Shown piece after piece: positions 1 through 8,452 of a stretch of 19,186 nt of DNA. The notes beneath the pieces are model-generated. The model saw only the letters and a program-made list of their open reading frames with translations. It was not told where the DNA came from and made no database searches. Position 1 is the first letter of the stretch; every line of letters begins with the position of its first letter. A program made the position numbers and the translations under genes. Where the stretch lies: UHGV virus genome UHGV-1604764. One strand, 5' to 3'. Origin of the DNA: a virus.

Positions 1-268
1 ACCCAAGCCAGTAAGTGGGGAAATAACACTGGCAGCCACTGAAAGATGAACCTCCAGCCTTATGGCAAAAAAGATTCTTTGTGGTGGCGGACTGATGGAA
101 AGACATCGGTTATTGCAGAAACCATTCAATGAGTGGTCTCGACAATGGCTTATACCCTACACGGGATAACTTAACTGATATCCCTTTTAACGGATAAACG
201 GAGCCAACAATGGCAGAGAATGTCGGCATTATGGCAGTGAAATTTGGATAAATCGGAGATTAGTACAT

Positions 269-619
269 ATGCCGCCACGAATCCCAAAAGCCTGCCGTGT
301 TCGCGGTTGCCGCCATACCACCACAGATCCGTCAGGCTATTGTGAAAGCCACAAAAGCGAAGGCTGGACGCAATATAAGCCAGGTCAGTCCCGTCACCAG
401 CGCGGTTATGGTTCGAAGTGGGACGTTATCCTCGCGCGGGTGCTGAAGCGTGACAAAGGCCTGTGCCAGTTGTGCCTGCGTGCCGGTGTGGTACGTGAGG
501 CGAAAACCGTTGACCACATCATCCCTAAAGCGCATGGCGGCACAGATGCCGACAGCAATCTGCAGAGCCTGTGCTGGCCGTGCCATAAGGCGAAGACGGC
601 CCGTGAACGGCTAAAGTGA
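269..619 (+). CDS. Phage HNH endonuclease (HK97 gp74-like, packaging-associated)
   Basis: ATG at 269 with GGAG upstream. Protein has an N-terminal Cys/His cluster (CRVRGC...YCESH) and an HNH core (DHIIPKAHGG...N...LCWPCH). Sits immediately upstream of the terminase genes, as in HK97-like phages. Confidence 0.85.
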   Translation: MPPRIPKACRVRGCRHTTTDPSGYCESHKSEGWTQYKPGQSRHQRGYGSKWDVILARVLKRDKGLCQLCLRAGVVREAKTVDHIIPKAHGGTDADSNLQSLCWPCHKAKTARERLK

Positions 620-640
620 TAATAATTCTCAACTGTCTGA

Positions 641-705
641 GGGGAGGGGCGGGTCAAATCCCTGTGACCTGACGTCTTTCGGACTGCCCGCCCCATCGTT
701 TTTTT
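641..705 (+). other. GC-rich inverted repeat plus T-run in the HNH/TerS intergenic region: candidate cos region or intrinsic terminator
   Basis: Perfect 8-bp inverted repeat GGGGCGGG (646-653) / CCCGCCCC (687-694) around a 33-nt loop containing the palindrome TGACGTCA, followed by a 7-T run (699-705). Confidence 0.4.
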
Positions 706-744
706 ATACCCGCGAAAAATGAAATTTAACCAGGAGTGCCGCAT

Positions 745-1239
745 ATGGCTGGAACGGCGGGGCGTTCCGGGCGTCGCCCCAAGCCAACGGCGCGCAAGGC
801 GCTGGCCGGAAACCCCGGCAAGCGAGCCCTGAACAAAGATGAACCTGTTTTTACGCCCATCAAAGGTGTTGAGCCACCAGAGTGGTTCGCTGAAGAAGAT
901 CTCCCTCTCGCCACGATCATGTGGCAACTGACAACCAAAGAACTCTGCGGTCAGGGCCTGTTGTGCGTGACTGACCTCGCGGTGCTTGAGCGGTGGTGCG
1001 TGGCCTATGAGTTCTGGCGACGTGCCGTGAAAAATATTGCCATACAGGGCAACACCATCACCGGTGCAATGGGCGGCAGGGTCAAAAATCCGGAGCTGAC
1101 CGCCAAAAAAGAACAGGAGTCCGAGATGAGCAGCACGGGGGCAATGCTCGGACTCGACCCCAGCAGCCGCCAGCGTCTGATTGGCCTGGCGGGGCAGAAG
1201 AAAGCCACTAACCCGTTTCTGAAAATCATCGAGTCATGA
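745..1239 (+). CDS. Terminase small subunit (P27 family-like)
   Basis: Start moved from the ORF-track GTG (736) to ATG 745, which has AGGAG at 732-736. N-terminus [14 protein letters not shown]...GNPGKR is typical of P27-type TerS. Stop overlaps the TerL start (ATGA). Confidence 0.8.
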   Translation: MAGTAGRSGRRPKPTARKALAGNPGKRALNKDEPVFTPIKGVEPPEWFAEEDLPLATIMWQLTTKELCGQGLLCVTDLAVLERWCVAYEFWRRAVKNIAIQGNTITGAMGGRVKNPELTAKKEQESEMSSTGAMLGLDPSSRQRLIGLAGQKKATNPFLKIIES

Positions 1240-2969
1240 GCCGGAAATCTTACCCCAACGTAAATGCTGCCAATCAGTATGCCCGTGATGTTGTGCGCGG
1301 AAAGATTGTGGCCTGCCAGTTTGTGATTCAGGCCTGCCAGCGCCATCTTGATGACCTGATGGCGGAAAAAAGTAAGTCGTTTCGTTACCGCTTCGACAAG
1401 GACCTGGCTGAACGGGCCGCCAAATTTATTCAGCTGTTGCCGCACACCAAGGGTGAGTGGGCATTCAAGAGGATGCCCATCACGCTGGAGCCGTGGCAGC
1501 TATTTGTGGTCTGCTGTGCGTTTGGCTGGGTCAATAAAGGGTCCCGGCTGCGCCGCTTCCGGGAGGTGTATACCGAAATCCCCCGTAAGAACGGCAAATC
1601 GGCAATCTCTGCCGGTGTTGCCCTGTATTGTTTTGCCTGTGATAACGAGTTTGGCGCGGAAGTGTATTCCGGTGCCACGACAGAGAAACAGGCGTGGGAA
1701 GTCTTTCGCCCGGCGCGACTGATGTGTAAACGCACACCCATGCTGACGGAAGCGTTCGGGATTGAGGTTAACGCCTCAAACATGAATCGTCCGGAGGATG
1801 GCGCGCGGTTTGAACCGCTGATCGGTAACCCCGGTGATGGTTCATCACCCCACTGTGCGGTGGTGGATGAATATCACGAGCACGCCACCGATGCGCTTTA
1901 CACCACGATGCTTACCGGGATGGGGGCGCGACGTCAGCCACTGATGTGGGCCATTACTACTGCCGGGTACAACATTGAGGGGCCGTGCTACGACAAGCGA
2001 AGGGAAGTTATCGAGATGCTCAACGGGTCGGTACCCAACGATGAACTGTTCGGGATCATCTATACCGTTGACGAAGGCGATGACTGGACCGACCCGCAGG
2101 TGCTGGAAAAAGCTAACCCGAATATTGGCGTGTCGGTTTATCGCGAATTTTTGTTAAGTCAGCAGCAGCGTGCGAAAAATAACGCCCGTCTGGCAAACGT
2201 CTTTAAAACAAAACACCTCAATATCTGGGTGTCGGCGCGTTCGGCGTATTTCAACCTGGTGAGCTGGCAGAGCTGCGAGGATAAATCACTGACCCTTGAG
2301 CAGTTCGAGGGGCAGCCGTGCATTCTGGCCTTTGACCTGGCGCGTAAGCTGGATATGAACAGCATGGCGCGACTTTATACCCGCGAGATTGACGGTAAAA
2401 CGCATTACTACAGTGTGGCCCCGCGTTTCTGGGTACCGTATGACACGGTGTACAGCGTCGAGAAAAATGAAGATCGCCGGACAGCCGAACGCTTTCAGAA
2501 ATGGGTGGAAATGGGCGTCCTGACCGTTACCGATGGTGCAGAGGTGGATTATCGCTACATCCTCGAAGAGGCCAAAGCGGCGAACAAAATCAGCCCGGTC
2601 AGCGAGTCACCCATCGACCCCTTCGGGGCGACCGGGCTGTCACATGACCTTGCTGATGAAGACCTGAATCCCATCACCATCATTCAGAACTACACCAACA
2701 TGTCCGACCCGATGAAAGAGCTGGAAGCGGCAATTGAATCGGGGCGCTTTCATCATGATGGCAATCCCATCATGACCTGGTGTATCGGCAACGTGATCGG
2801 CAAAACCATTCCGGGTAACGATGATGTGGTGAAGCCCGTCAAAGAGCAGGCGGAAAACAAAATCGATGGTGCAGTTGCGCTGATTATGGCGGTTGGCAGA
2901 GCCATGCTGTATGAGAAAGAAGACACGCTGTCCGACCACATTGAGTCCTACGGGATCCGCTCGCTTTAA
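1236..2969 (+). CDS. Terminase large subunit
   Basis: 577 aa. Walker-A-like [10 protein letters not shown] and acidic ATPase motif (VVDEYHEH) in the N-terminal half, nuclease-like C-terminal half. Position between TerS and portal. Confidence 0.92.
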
Positions 2970-2980
2970 CTGAGGTAATT

Positions 2981-3163
2981 ATGATCATGCTGATTCTCGC
3001 GCCTCTGGTGGGCGTGCTGGGTGCGCTTTTGCTGGCGTATGGTGCCTGGCTGATTTATCCCCCGGCGGGGTTTGTTGTTGCCGGGGCGTTGTGCCTGTTC
3101 TGGTCGTGGCTGGTGGCGCGATATCTCGACCGTACACAGTCGTCTGTCGGCGGAGGTAAATAG
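2981..3163 (+). CDS. Small hydrophobic membrane protein (2 predicted TM helices), function unknown
   Basis: 60 aa ([26 protein letters not shown]...[17 protein letters not shown]). GAGG 5 nt upstream of ATG 2981. Stop TAG overlaps the portal GTG start (TAGTG), consistent with translational coupling. Confidence 0.55.
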
Positions 3164-4404
3164 TGTTCTTTTCGGGATTATTTCAACGAAAAAGTGACGC
3201 ACCGGTGACCACGCCAGCAGAGCTGGCGGATGCTATCGGTTTGTCCTACGACACCTATACCGGAAAGCAGATCAGCAGCCAGCGGGCCATGCGACTGACG
3301 GCGGTTTTTTCCTGTGTCAGGGTGCTGGCGGAGTCGGTCGGGATGTTGCCCTGCAATCTGTATCACCTGAACGGCAGCCTGAAGCAGAGAGCCACCGGCG
3401 AACGTCTGCATAAACTGATCTCCACGCATCCCAATGGCTATATGACGCCGCAGGAGTTCTGGGAGCTGGTGGTCACCTGTCTGTGCCTGAGGGGAAACTT
3501 TTACGCCTACAAAGTGAAAGCATTTGGCGAAGTGGCTGAACTGCTGCCCGTCGATCCCGGCTGTGTGGTACCGAAGCTTAACAGTAGCTGGGAACCGGTC
3601 TATCAGGTCACATTCCCGGATGGCTCCACGGATGTACTGAGCCAGGAGGATATCTGGCATGTGCGTACGCTGACGCTGGACGGACTGGTGGGGCTGAATC
3701 CCATCGCCTATGCCCGCGAGGCAATATCGCTGGCGGCAGCGACCGAAGAGCACGGGGCCAGACTGTTCAGCAATGGCGCGGTGACGTCGGGTGTTTTGCG
3801 TACAGAGCAGACGCTGTCGGATCAGGCTTATGAGCGCCTGAAGAAAGATTTTGAGGAGCGTCACACCGGGCTTGGCAATGCTCACCGCCCGATGATCCTT
3901 GAGATGGGGCTGGACTGGAAGTCGATGGCGTTGAACGCAGAGGACAGCCAGTTCCTGGAAACCCGCAAGTTTCAGCTTGAAGAAATTTGTCGTCTGTTCC
4001 GTGTGCCATTGCACATGGTGCAGAACACCGATCGCGCCACCTTCAACAATATCGAAGAGCTGGGGCTCGGATTTATCAACTATTCACTGGTGCCGTATCT
4101 GACCCGCATTGAGCAGCGGATCAACACCGGACTGGTACGAAAAAGTAAGCAGGGTGTTTATTACGCCAAATTTAACGCCGGGGCGTTACTGCGCGGGGAT
4201 ATGAAGTCCCGTTTTGAAGCCTACGCCACCGGGATTAACTGGGGAATTTACTCTCCCAATGACTGCCGCGACCTGGAAGATATGAATCCGCGTCCCGGTG
4301 GTGATGTCTATCTCACACCGATGAACATGACCACGAAACCCTCCGATGGCAGTAAAGCCGGTAAGCAGAAGGATAACGCCAATGCAGACGAAACAACGTC
4401 TTGA
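3163..4404 (+). CDS. Portal protein (HK97 family-like)
   Basis: 413 aa. GTG start with GGAGG 6 nt upstream. Size and position (after TerL, before protease and capsid) and overall sequence character fit HK97-type portals. Confidence 0.88.
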   Translation: MFFSGLFQRKSDAPVTTPAELADAIGLSYDTYTGKQISSQRAMRLTAVFSCVRVLAESVGMLPCNLYHLNGSLKQRATGERLHKLISTHPNGYMTPQEFWELVVTCLCLRGNFYAYKVKAFGEVAELLPVDPGCVVPKLNSSWEPVYQVTFPDGSTDVLSQEDIWHVRTLTLDGLVGLNPIAYAREAISLAAATEEHGARLFSNGAVTSGVLRTEQTLSDQAYERLKKDFEERHTGLGNAHRPMILEMGLDWKSMALNAEDSQFLETRKFQLEEICRLFRVPLHMVQNTDRATFNNIEELGLGFINYSLVPYLTRIEQRINTGLVRKSKQGVYYAKFNAGALLRGDMKSRFEAYATGINWGIYSPNDCRDLEDMNPRPGGDVYLTPMNMTTKPSDGSKAGKQKDNANADETTS

Positions 4405-5032
4405 TGTACCGCTGAGTCTGAAATCTGTCAGTGACTCCGGTGAGTTTGAAGGATATGGCTCCGTCTTTGGTGTAAAGGACAGTCACGATGATGTGGTGAT
4501 GTCCGGGGCATTTGCTGCGTCCCTGCGGGCGTGGAGTGACAGAAAAGCGTTACCTGCGCTGCTCTGGCAGCACCGCATGGATGAGCCCATCGGTGTTTAC
4601 ACCGAAATGAAGGAAGACGATGTCGGGCTTTACGTCAGGGGGCGGTTGCTCATTGATGATGATCCCCTGGCAAAACGCGCACATGCACACATGAAGGCCG
4701 GTTCGTTAACCGGCCTTTCTATTGGGTACGTCCTGAAGGACTGGGAATACGACCGGACGAAAGAAGCCTTTCTGCTGAAAGAAATCGACCTCTGGGAAGT
4801 CAGTCTGGTGACGTTTCCGTCTAACGACGAGGCGCGGATCAGCGACGTCAAGAACGCGCTGGCCCGCGGGGAAATCCCCGAACAGAAAAAAATCGAAAGA
4901 GTCCTGCGTGATGTCGGACTCTCCCGTACCCAGGCCAAAGCATTCATGGCCGGGGGCTATAGCGCACTGTCCCTGCGCGACGCTGAGGATGTGGGCTCTG
5001 CACTGAATGCACTGAAAAATCTGAACTTCTAA
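4382..5032 (+). CDS. Prohead maturation protease (HK97 family, S78/U35-like)
   Basis: Start set to internal ATG 4382 (GAAGGA upstream) rather than ORF-track 4346, which has no RBS. N-terminal GEFEGYGSVFGVKDSHDDVVMSGAF matches the HK97 prohead protease signature. Overlaps the portal 3' end. Confidence 0.85.
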   Translation: MQTKQRLDVPLSLKSVSDSGEFEGYGSVFGVKDSHDDVVMSGAFAASLRAWSDRKALPALLWQHRMDEPIGVYTEMKEDDVGLYVRGRLLIDDDPLAKRAHAHMKAGSLTGLSIGYVLKDWEYDRTKEAFLLKEIDLWEVSLVTFPSNDEARISDVKNALARGEIPEQKKIERVLRDVGLSRTQAKAFMAGGYSALSLRDAEDVGSALNALKNLNF

Positions 5033-5046
5033 TCAGGAGAAATACG

Positions 5047-6252
5047 ATGGCGGTTGATATTAAAGATGTCGAACAGGTCGCGCAGGAGCTGCAGCAGAAG
5101 TTTGACGACTTCAAAGCAAAGAACGACAAGCGCGTGGATGCGATTGAGCAGGAAAAAGGCAAGCTTGCCGGGCAGGTGGAAACCCTGAACGGGAAACTCA
5201 GCGAGCTGGAAAATCTCAAAAGCGACCTTGAAAAAGAGCTGCTTGAGCTGAAACGTCCGGCTGGTGGAGCGCAAAATAAACTGGCCACCGAGCATAAAGA
5301 GGCGTTTGTGGGCTTCCTGCGTAAAGGCCGTGAAGACGGTCTGCGCGATCTGGAGCGTAAGGCATTGCAGGTGGGTACCGATGAAGACGGTGGCTACGCC
5401 GTGCCGGAAGAACTGGATCGCAACATTCTTAACCTGCTGAAAGATGAAGTGGTGATGCGTCAGGAAGCCACGGTGATCACCGTTGGCGGTTCCGACTACA
5501 AAAAACTGGTGAATCTGGGCGGTACGGTTTCCGGATGGGTGGGGGAAACGGATACGCGATCCCAGACTGCCACCTCCAGACTGGAGCTGATTGAACCTCT
5601 CATGGGGGAAATTTACGGCAACCCGCAGGCTACCCAGAAAATGCTGGACGATGCCTTCTTCAACGTGGAGGCCTGGATCAACAGCGAGCTGGCAACCGAA
5701 TTTGCCGAACAGGAAGAAATTGCCTTTACCTCAGGCGATGGCACCAAGAAGCCGAAAGGGTTCCTGGCGTATGAATCCACTGATGAAACCGACAAGGTCC
5801 GGGCGTTCGGCAAACTTCAGCATATTGTATCCGGCGAAGCGACCGCGGTGACCGCAGACGCCATTATCAAACTGATTTACACGCTGCGTAAGGCACACCG
5901 CACTGGCGCGAAGTTCATGATGAACAACAACAGCCTGTTTGCCATCCGTCTGCTGAAAGACAGCGAGGGTAATTATCTGTGGCGTCCGGGGCTGGAGCTG
6001 GGGCAGCCGTCCTCTCTGGCGGGTTACGGTATCGCTGAAAACGAACAGATGCCGGATATCGCCGCTGATGCGAAAGCCATTGCATTTGGTAACTTCAAAC
6101 GGGGTTACACCATCGTTGACCGTATCGGCACCCGCATTCTGCGTGACCCGTACACCAATAAACCGTTTGTCGGTTTTTATACCACCAAACGCACCGGCGG
6201 CATGCTGGTCGATTCGCAGGCCATCAAACTGCTGAAGATTGCAGTGGCGTAA
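5047..6252 (+). CDS. Major capsid protein (HK97 fold) with N-terminal coiled-coil delta (scaffolding) domain
   Basis: 401 aa. AGGAG upstream of ATG 5047. N-terminal ~100 aa is heptad-rich/charged (QELQQKFDDFKAKNDKRVDAIEQEKGKLAGQVETLNGKLSELENLKSDLEKELLELKR). No separate scaffold gene is present. Confidence 0.9.
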   Translation: MAVDIKDVEQVAQELQQKFDDFKAKNDKRVDAIEQEKGKLAGQVETLNGKLSELENLKSDLEKELLELKRPAGGAQNKLATEHKEAFVGFLRKGREDGLRDLERKALQVGTDEDGGYAVPEELDRNILNLLKDEVVMRQEATVITVGGSDYKKLVNLGGTVSGWVGETDTRSQTATSRLELIEPLMGEIYGNPQATQKMLDDAFFNVEAWINSELATEFAEQEEIAFTSGDGTKKPKGFLAYESTDETDKVRAFGKLQHIVSGEATAVTADAIIKLIYTLRKAHRTGAKFMMNNNSLFAIRLLKDSEGNYLWRPGLELGQPSSLAGYGIAENEQMPDIAADAKAIAFGNFKRGYTIVDRIGTRILRDPYTNKPFVGFYTTKRTGGMLVDSQAIKLLKIAVA

Positions 6253-6259
6253 TCACTCA

Positions 6260-6279
6260 GGGGCGCGGAACCGCGCCCC
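6260..6279 (+). other. GC hairpin immediately 3' of the capsid gene (possible attenuator or mRNA-stabilising stem-loop)
   Basis: GGGGCGC GGAACC GCGCCCC, a 7-bp G/C stem, 8 nt after the capsid stop. No strong downstream U-tract, so not a classic intrinsic terminator. Confidence 0.45.
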
Positions 6280-6301
6280 CTGTTCTGACGGGTGAAGAAT
6301 C

Positions 6302-6502
6302 ATGATCCTGAAACAAGATCTGAAATGGTCACCGGACGGTATGCGTGTTGAGGTCATTCGGGCCGGTGAGTATGACGACGGGGCGCTTCCTGCCCGGGTG
6401 CAGGAGATTGCACTTCAGGCCGGGTTAGCAGAGCGCGGAACCAGTGCAAAAAGCAGTAAAGCGACAAAAGAGAAAAAAGCCACGACCAGTAAAGAGGGCT
6501 GA
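6302..6502 (+). CDS. Hypothetical small protein (66 aa, Lys/Ser/Thr-rich C-terminus)
   Basis: ORF fills the capsid-to-connector gap and its stop lies 2 nt before the next start. Weak RBS. No family recognised. Confidence 0.45.
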   Translation: MILKQDLKWSPDGMRVEVIRAGEYDDGALPARVQEIALQAGLAERGTSAKSSKATKEKKATTSKEG

Positions 6503-6504
6503 GT

Positions 6505-6828
6505 ATGCTTCTGACAATGGAAGAGATTAAAGCCCAACTCCGGCTGGATGAGGATTTCGATGCTGATGACCGCCATCTGCAACTGCTGGCCTGTGCGGCG
6601 CAAAAGCGGACGGAAACGTATCTGAACCGGAAGCTCTATGCACCGGATGAAACCATTCCGGACAGCGATCCGGACGGGCTGCACCTGCCGGATGATATTC
6701 GTCTGGGGATGCTGATGCTTATCAGCCATTTTTACGAAAATCGCTCGTCGGTTACAGACGTTGAGAAAATGGAGTTGCCAATGAGCTTTAACTGGCTTGT
6801 CGGCCCGTACAGGTATTTCCCGCAATGA
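6505..6828 (+). CDS. Head-tail connector protein (gp6-like)
   Basis: 107 aa. N-terminal MLLTMEEIKAQLRLDEDFDADD is the characteristic start of gp6-like connector proteins. AGAGGG RBS. Confidence 0.75.
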   Translation: MLLTMEEIKAQLRLDEDFDADDRHLQLLACAAQKRTETYLNRKLYAPDETIPDSDPDGLHLPDDIRLGMLMLISHFYENRSSVTDVEKMELPMSFNWLVGPYRYFPQ

Positions 6829-7235
6829 AAATTCGTCAGGCGCAGACCAGCGCAACCTACATTCTGCCGGACCCCGGTGAACTGAATAAACGCGTCCTGA
6901 TCCGCCAGCGGGTGGATATGCCCGCGGATAACTTTGGCGTGGAGCCTCAATACCCGGTTGCGTTCCGGACATGGGCGAAGGTTGTCCAGACCAGTGCCAC
7001 CACCTGGCAGGAAACCGCGCAGACCGGGGACGCCATCACCCATTACATCACCATTCGTTACCGCCGGGGGATCACCGCTGATTATGAGGTGGTCTGCGGT
7101 GACAGTGTGTACCGGGTGAAACGTCAGCGCGATCTGAACGGGGCGCGGCGCTTTCTGCTGCTGGAGTGTACGGAGCTGGGCGAATGTAGGCAGAGTCACG
7201 GAGGCAACAATGACGACTTCCTTTTTGCACGTTGA
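6825..7235 (+). CDS. Head-tail joining / head closure protein
   Basis: 136 aa. Overlapping start (ATGA). Pattern LNKRVLIRQR...AKV...ITIRYRRGI...YRV resembles phage head-tail joining proteins. Confidence 0.65.
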   Translation: MKIRQAQTSATYILPDPGELNKRVLIRQRVDMPADNFGVEPQYPVAFRTWAKVVQTSATTWQETAQTGDAITHYITIRYRRGITADYEVVCGDSVYRVKRQRDLNGARRFLLLECTELGECRQSHGGNNDDFLFAR

Positions 7236-7716
7236 TTTTCAGCAGCCCGCGGAGATGCGCTTTAACCGCGCCCGTGTCCGGCGGGCGTTTGTCACGATTG
7301 GTCAGCGTCATATGCGTGATGCCCGTCGGCTGGTGATGCGCCGTGCGCAGTCGGCACCGGGTGAAAACCCCGGTTATCAGACCGGACGCCTGGCACGTTC
7401 GATTGGTTATATGGTACCCAGAGCCAGTAAACATCGCCCCGGTTTTATGGCACGTATAGCCCCTAACCAGCGTAATGGTGAGGGAAACCGCCGCATCACC
7501 GGTGATTTTTATCCGGCTTTTTTGTTCTATGGCGTGAGGCGAGGGGCAACGCGTCGTCGCAGCCATCATCGTGGTGCATCCGGTGGCAGCGGCTGGCGAC
7601 TGGCTCCACGTAATAACTTCATGGTGGAAACGCTTGAAAAGAACCGCAGCTGGACACGCTATTTTCTGGCGCGGGAATTGCGTAAATCACTGAAGCCGGA
7701 GCGACGACACAGATGA
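7210..7716 (+). CDS. HK97 gp10-like virion morphogenesis/neck protein with Arg-rich C-terminal extension
   Basis: GGAGG 5 nt upstream of ATG 7210. Motif PGYQTGRLARSIGY resembles the TGxLRxSI signature of the HK97 gp10 family. C-terminal ~60 aa is strongly Arg-rich. Confidence 0.5.
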   Translation: MTTSFLHVDFQQPAEMRFNRARVRRAFVTIGQRHMRDARRLVMRRAQSAPGENPGYQTGRLARSIGYMVPRASKHRPGFMARIAPNQRNGEGNRRITGDFYPAFLFYGVRRGATRRRSHHRGASGGSGWRLAPRNNFMVETLEKNRSWTRYFLARELRKSLKPERRHR

Positions 7717-8273
7717 AACTGACGCCTGTTATTGCTGCACTGCGTGCCCGTTGTCCGTATTTTGAAAACCGGGTTGCAGGCGCGGCCCAGTTCAAAAATC
7801 TGCCGGAGGTCGGAAAGCTGAAACTCCCGGCGGCATATGTTGTACCGGGTGATGATTCTCCGGGAGAAAACAAAAGCCAGACCGACTACTGGCAGGAGCT
7901 GAAAGAGGGCTTCTCCGTGGTTGTCATACTGAGTAACGGGCGTGATGAGCGCGGTCAGTTTGCTTCGTATGATGTGGTGGACGATGTCCGGCAGATGCTC
8001 TTTAAGGCCCTGCTGGGCTGGAACCCGGAAGCGTGCGGTAACCCGATTAACTATGACGGCGGCACGCTGCTGGATCTGAATCGTCATGAGCTGATTTATC
8101 AGTTCGATTTTTCGATCATCAGCGAGCTGACTGAAGACGATACCCGCCAGCAGGATGACCTGAACAGTCTGGATGAACTGCGAACGCTGGCGATTGATGT
8201 TGATTATCTCGATCCCGGTAACGGGCCTGACGGCGATATCGAACATCACACCGAAATAACCCTTCCTTCCTGA
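7713..8273 (+). CDS. Tail-associated protein, possibly tail terminator/completion (Mu gp37-like?)
   Basis: 186 aa. Start overlaps the upstream stop (ATGA). Placed between head-completion genes and the sheath. Family assignment is tentative. Confidence 0.5.
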   Translation: MKLTPVIAALRARCPYFENRVAGAAQFKNLPEVGKLKLPAAYVVPGDDSPGENKSQTDYWQELKEGFSVVVILSNGRDERGQFASYDVVDDVRQMLFKALLGWNPEACGNPINYDGGTLLDLNRHELIYQFDFSIISELTEDDTRQQDDLNSLDELRTLAIDVDYLDPGNGPDGDIEHHTEITLPS

Positions 8274-8281
8274 GAATCTTC

Positions 8282-8452
8282 ATGTTTGTGAAACCTGTTA
8301 AAGGGCGGTCAGTGCCTGACCCTGCCCGCGGTGACCTTTTGCCCGCCGAAGGGCGAAATGTTGACGAGAACAACTACTGGCTGCGCCGTGAAGCAGCGGG
8401 TGATATCCGGCGCGTGAATAAAAAGGTGAACACCGATGACGATAAGCTTTAA
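8282..8452 (+). CDS. DUF2635-like small protein (Mu gp38-like), not in the supplied ORF track
   Basis: 56-aa ORF read manually: MFVKPVKGRSVPDPARGDLLPAEGRNVDENNYWLRREAAGDIRRVNKKVNTDDDKL. The MFVKP...DP...LLP.EG...YW.RR...GD pattern and its position directly upstream of (and overlapping) the sheath gene match Mu-like tails. Confidence 0.55.
   Translation: MFVKPVKGRSVPDPARGDLLPAEGRNVDENNYWLRREAAGDIRRVNKKVNTDDDKL

Noticed and set aside
1-268. Short ORFs in the leader region (e.g. a 35-aa ORF at 62-169) and a possible gene 3' end finishing at 49
   Set aside because: No RBS, no recognisable motif and too little sequence to judge. Possibly the tail end of an upstream lysis gene plus intergenic DNA. 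Left unannotated.
3178-4014. 278-aa reverse-strand ORF
   Set aside because: Lies entirely antisense to the well-supported portal gene. Long antisense ORFs are expected by chance in GC-rich coding DNA. No RBS or operon context.
5591-5851. 86-aa + strand ORF inside the capsid gene in another frame
   Set aside because: Fully nested in the major capsid coding region in an alternative frame, with Arg/Pro/Ser-rich low-complexity composition typical of off-frame GC-rich translation.
6415-6972. 185-aa reverse-strand ORF (also 406-927, 1005-1445, 13828-14325 and 16055-16513 on the - strand)
   Set aside because: All sit antisense within confidently assigned + strand structural genes. Treated as spurious GC-rich antisense ORFs.
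7659-8249. 196-aa reverse-strand ORF
   Set aside because: Antisense to the translationally coupled + strand tail genes (7713-8273). It would break the unidirectional late operon and has no start context.
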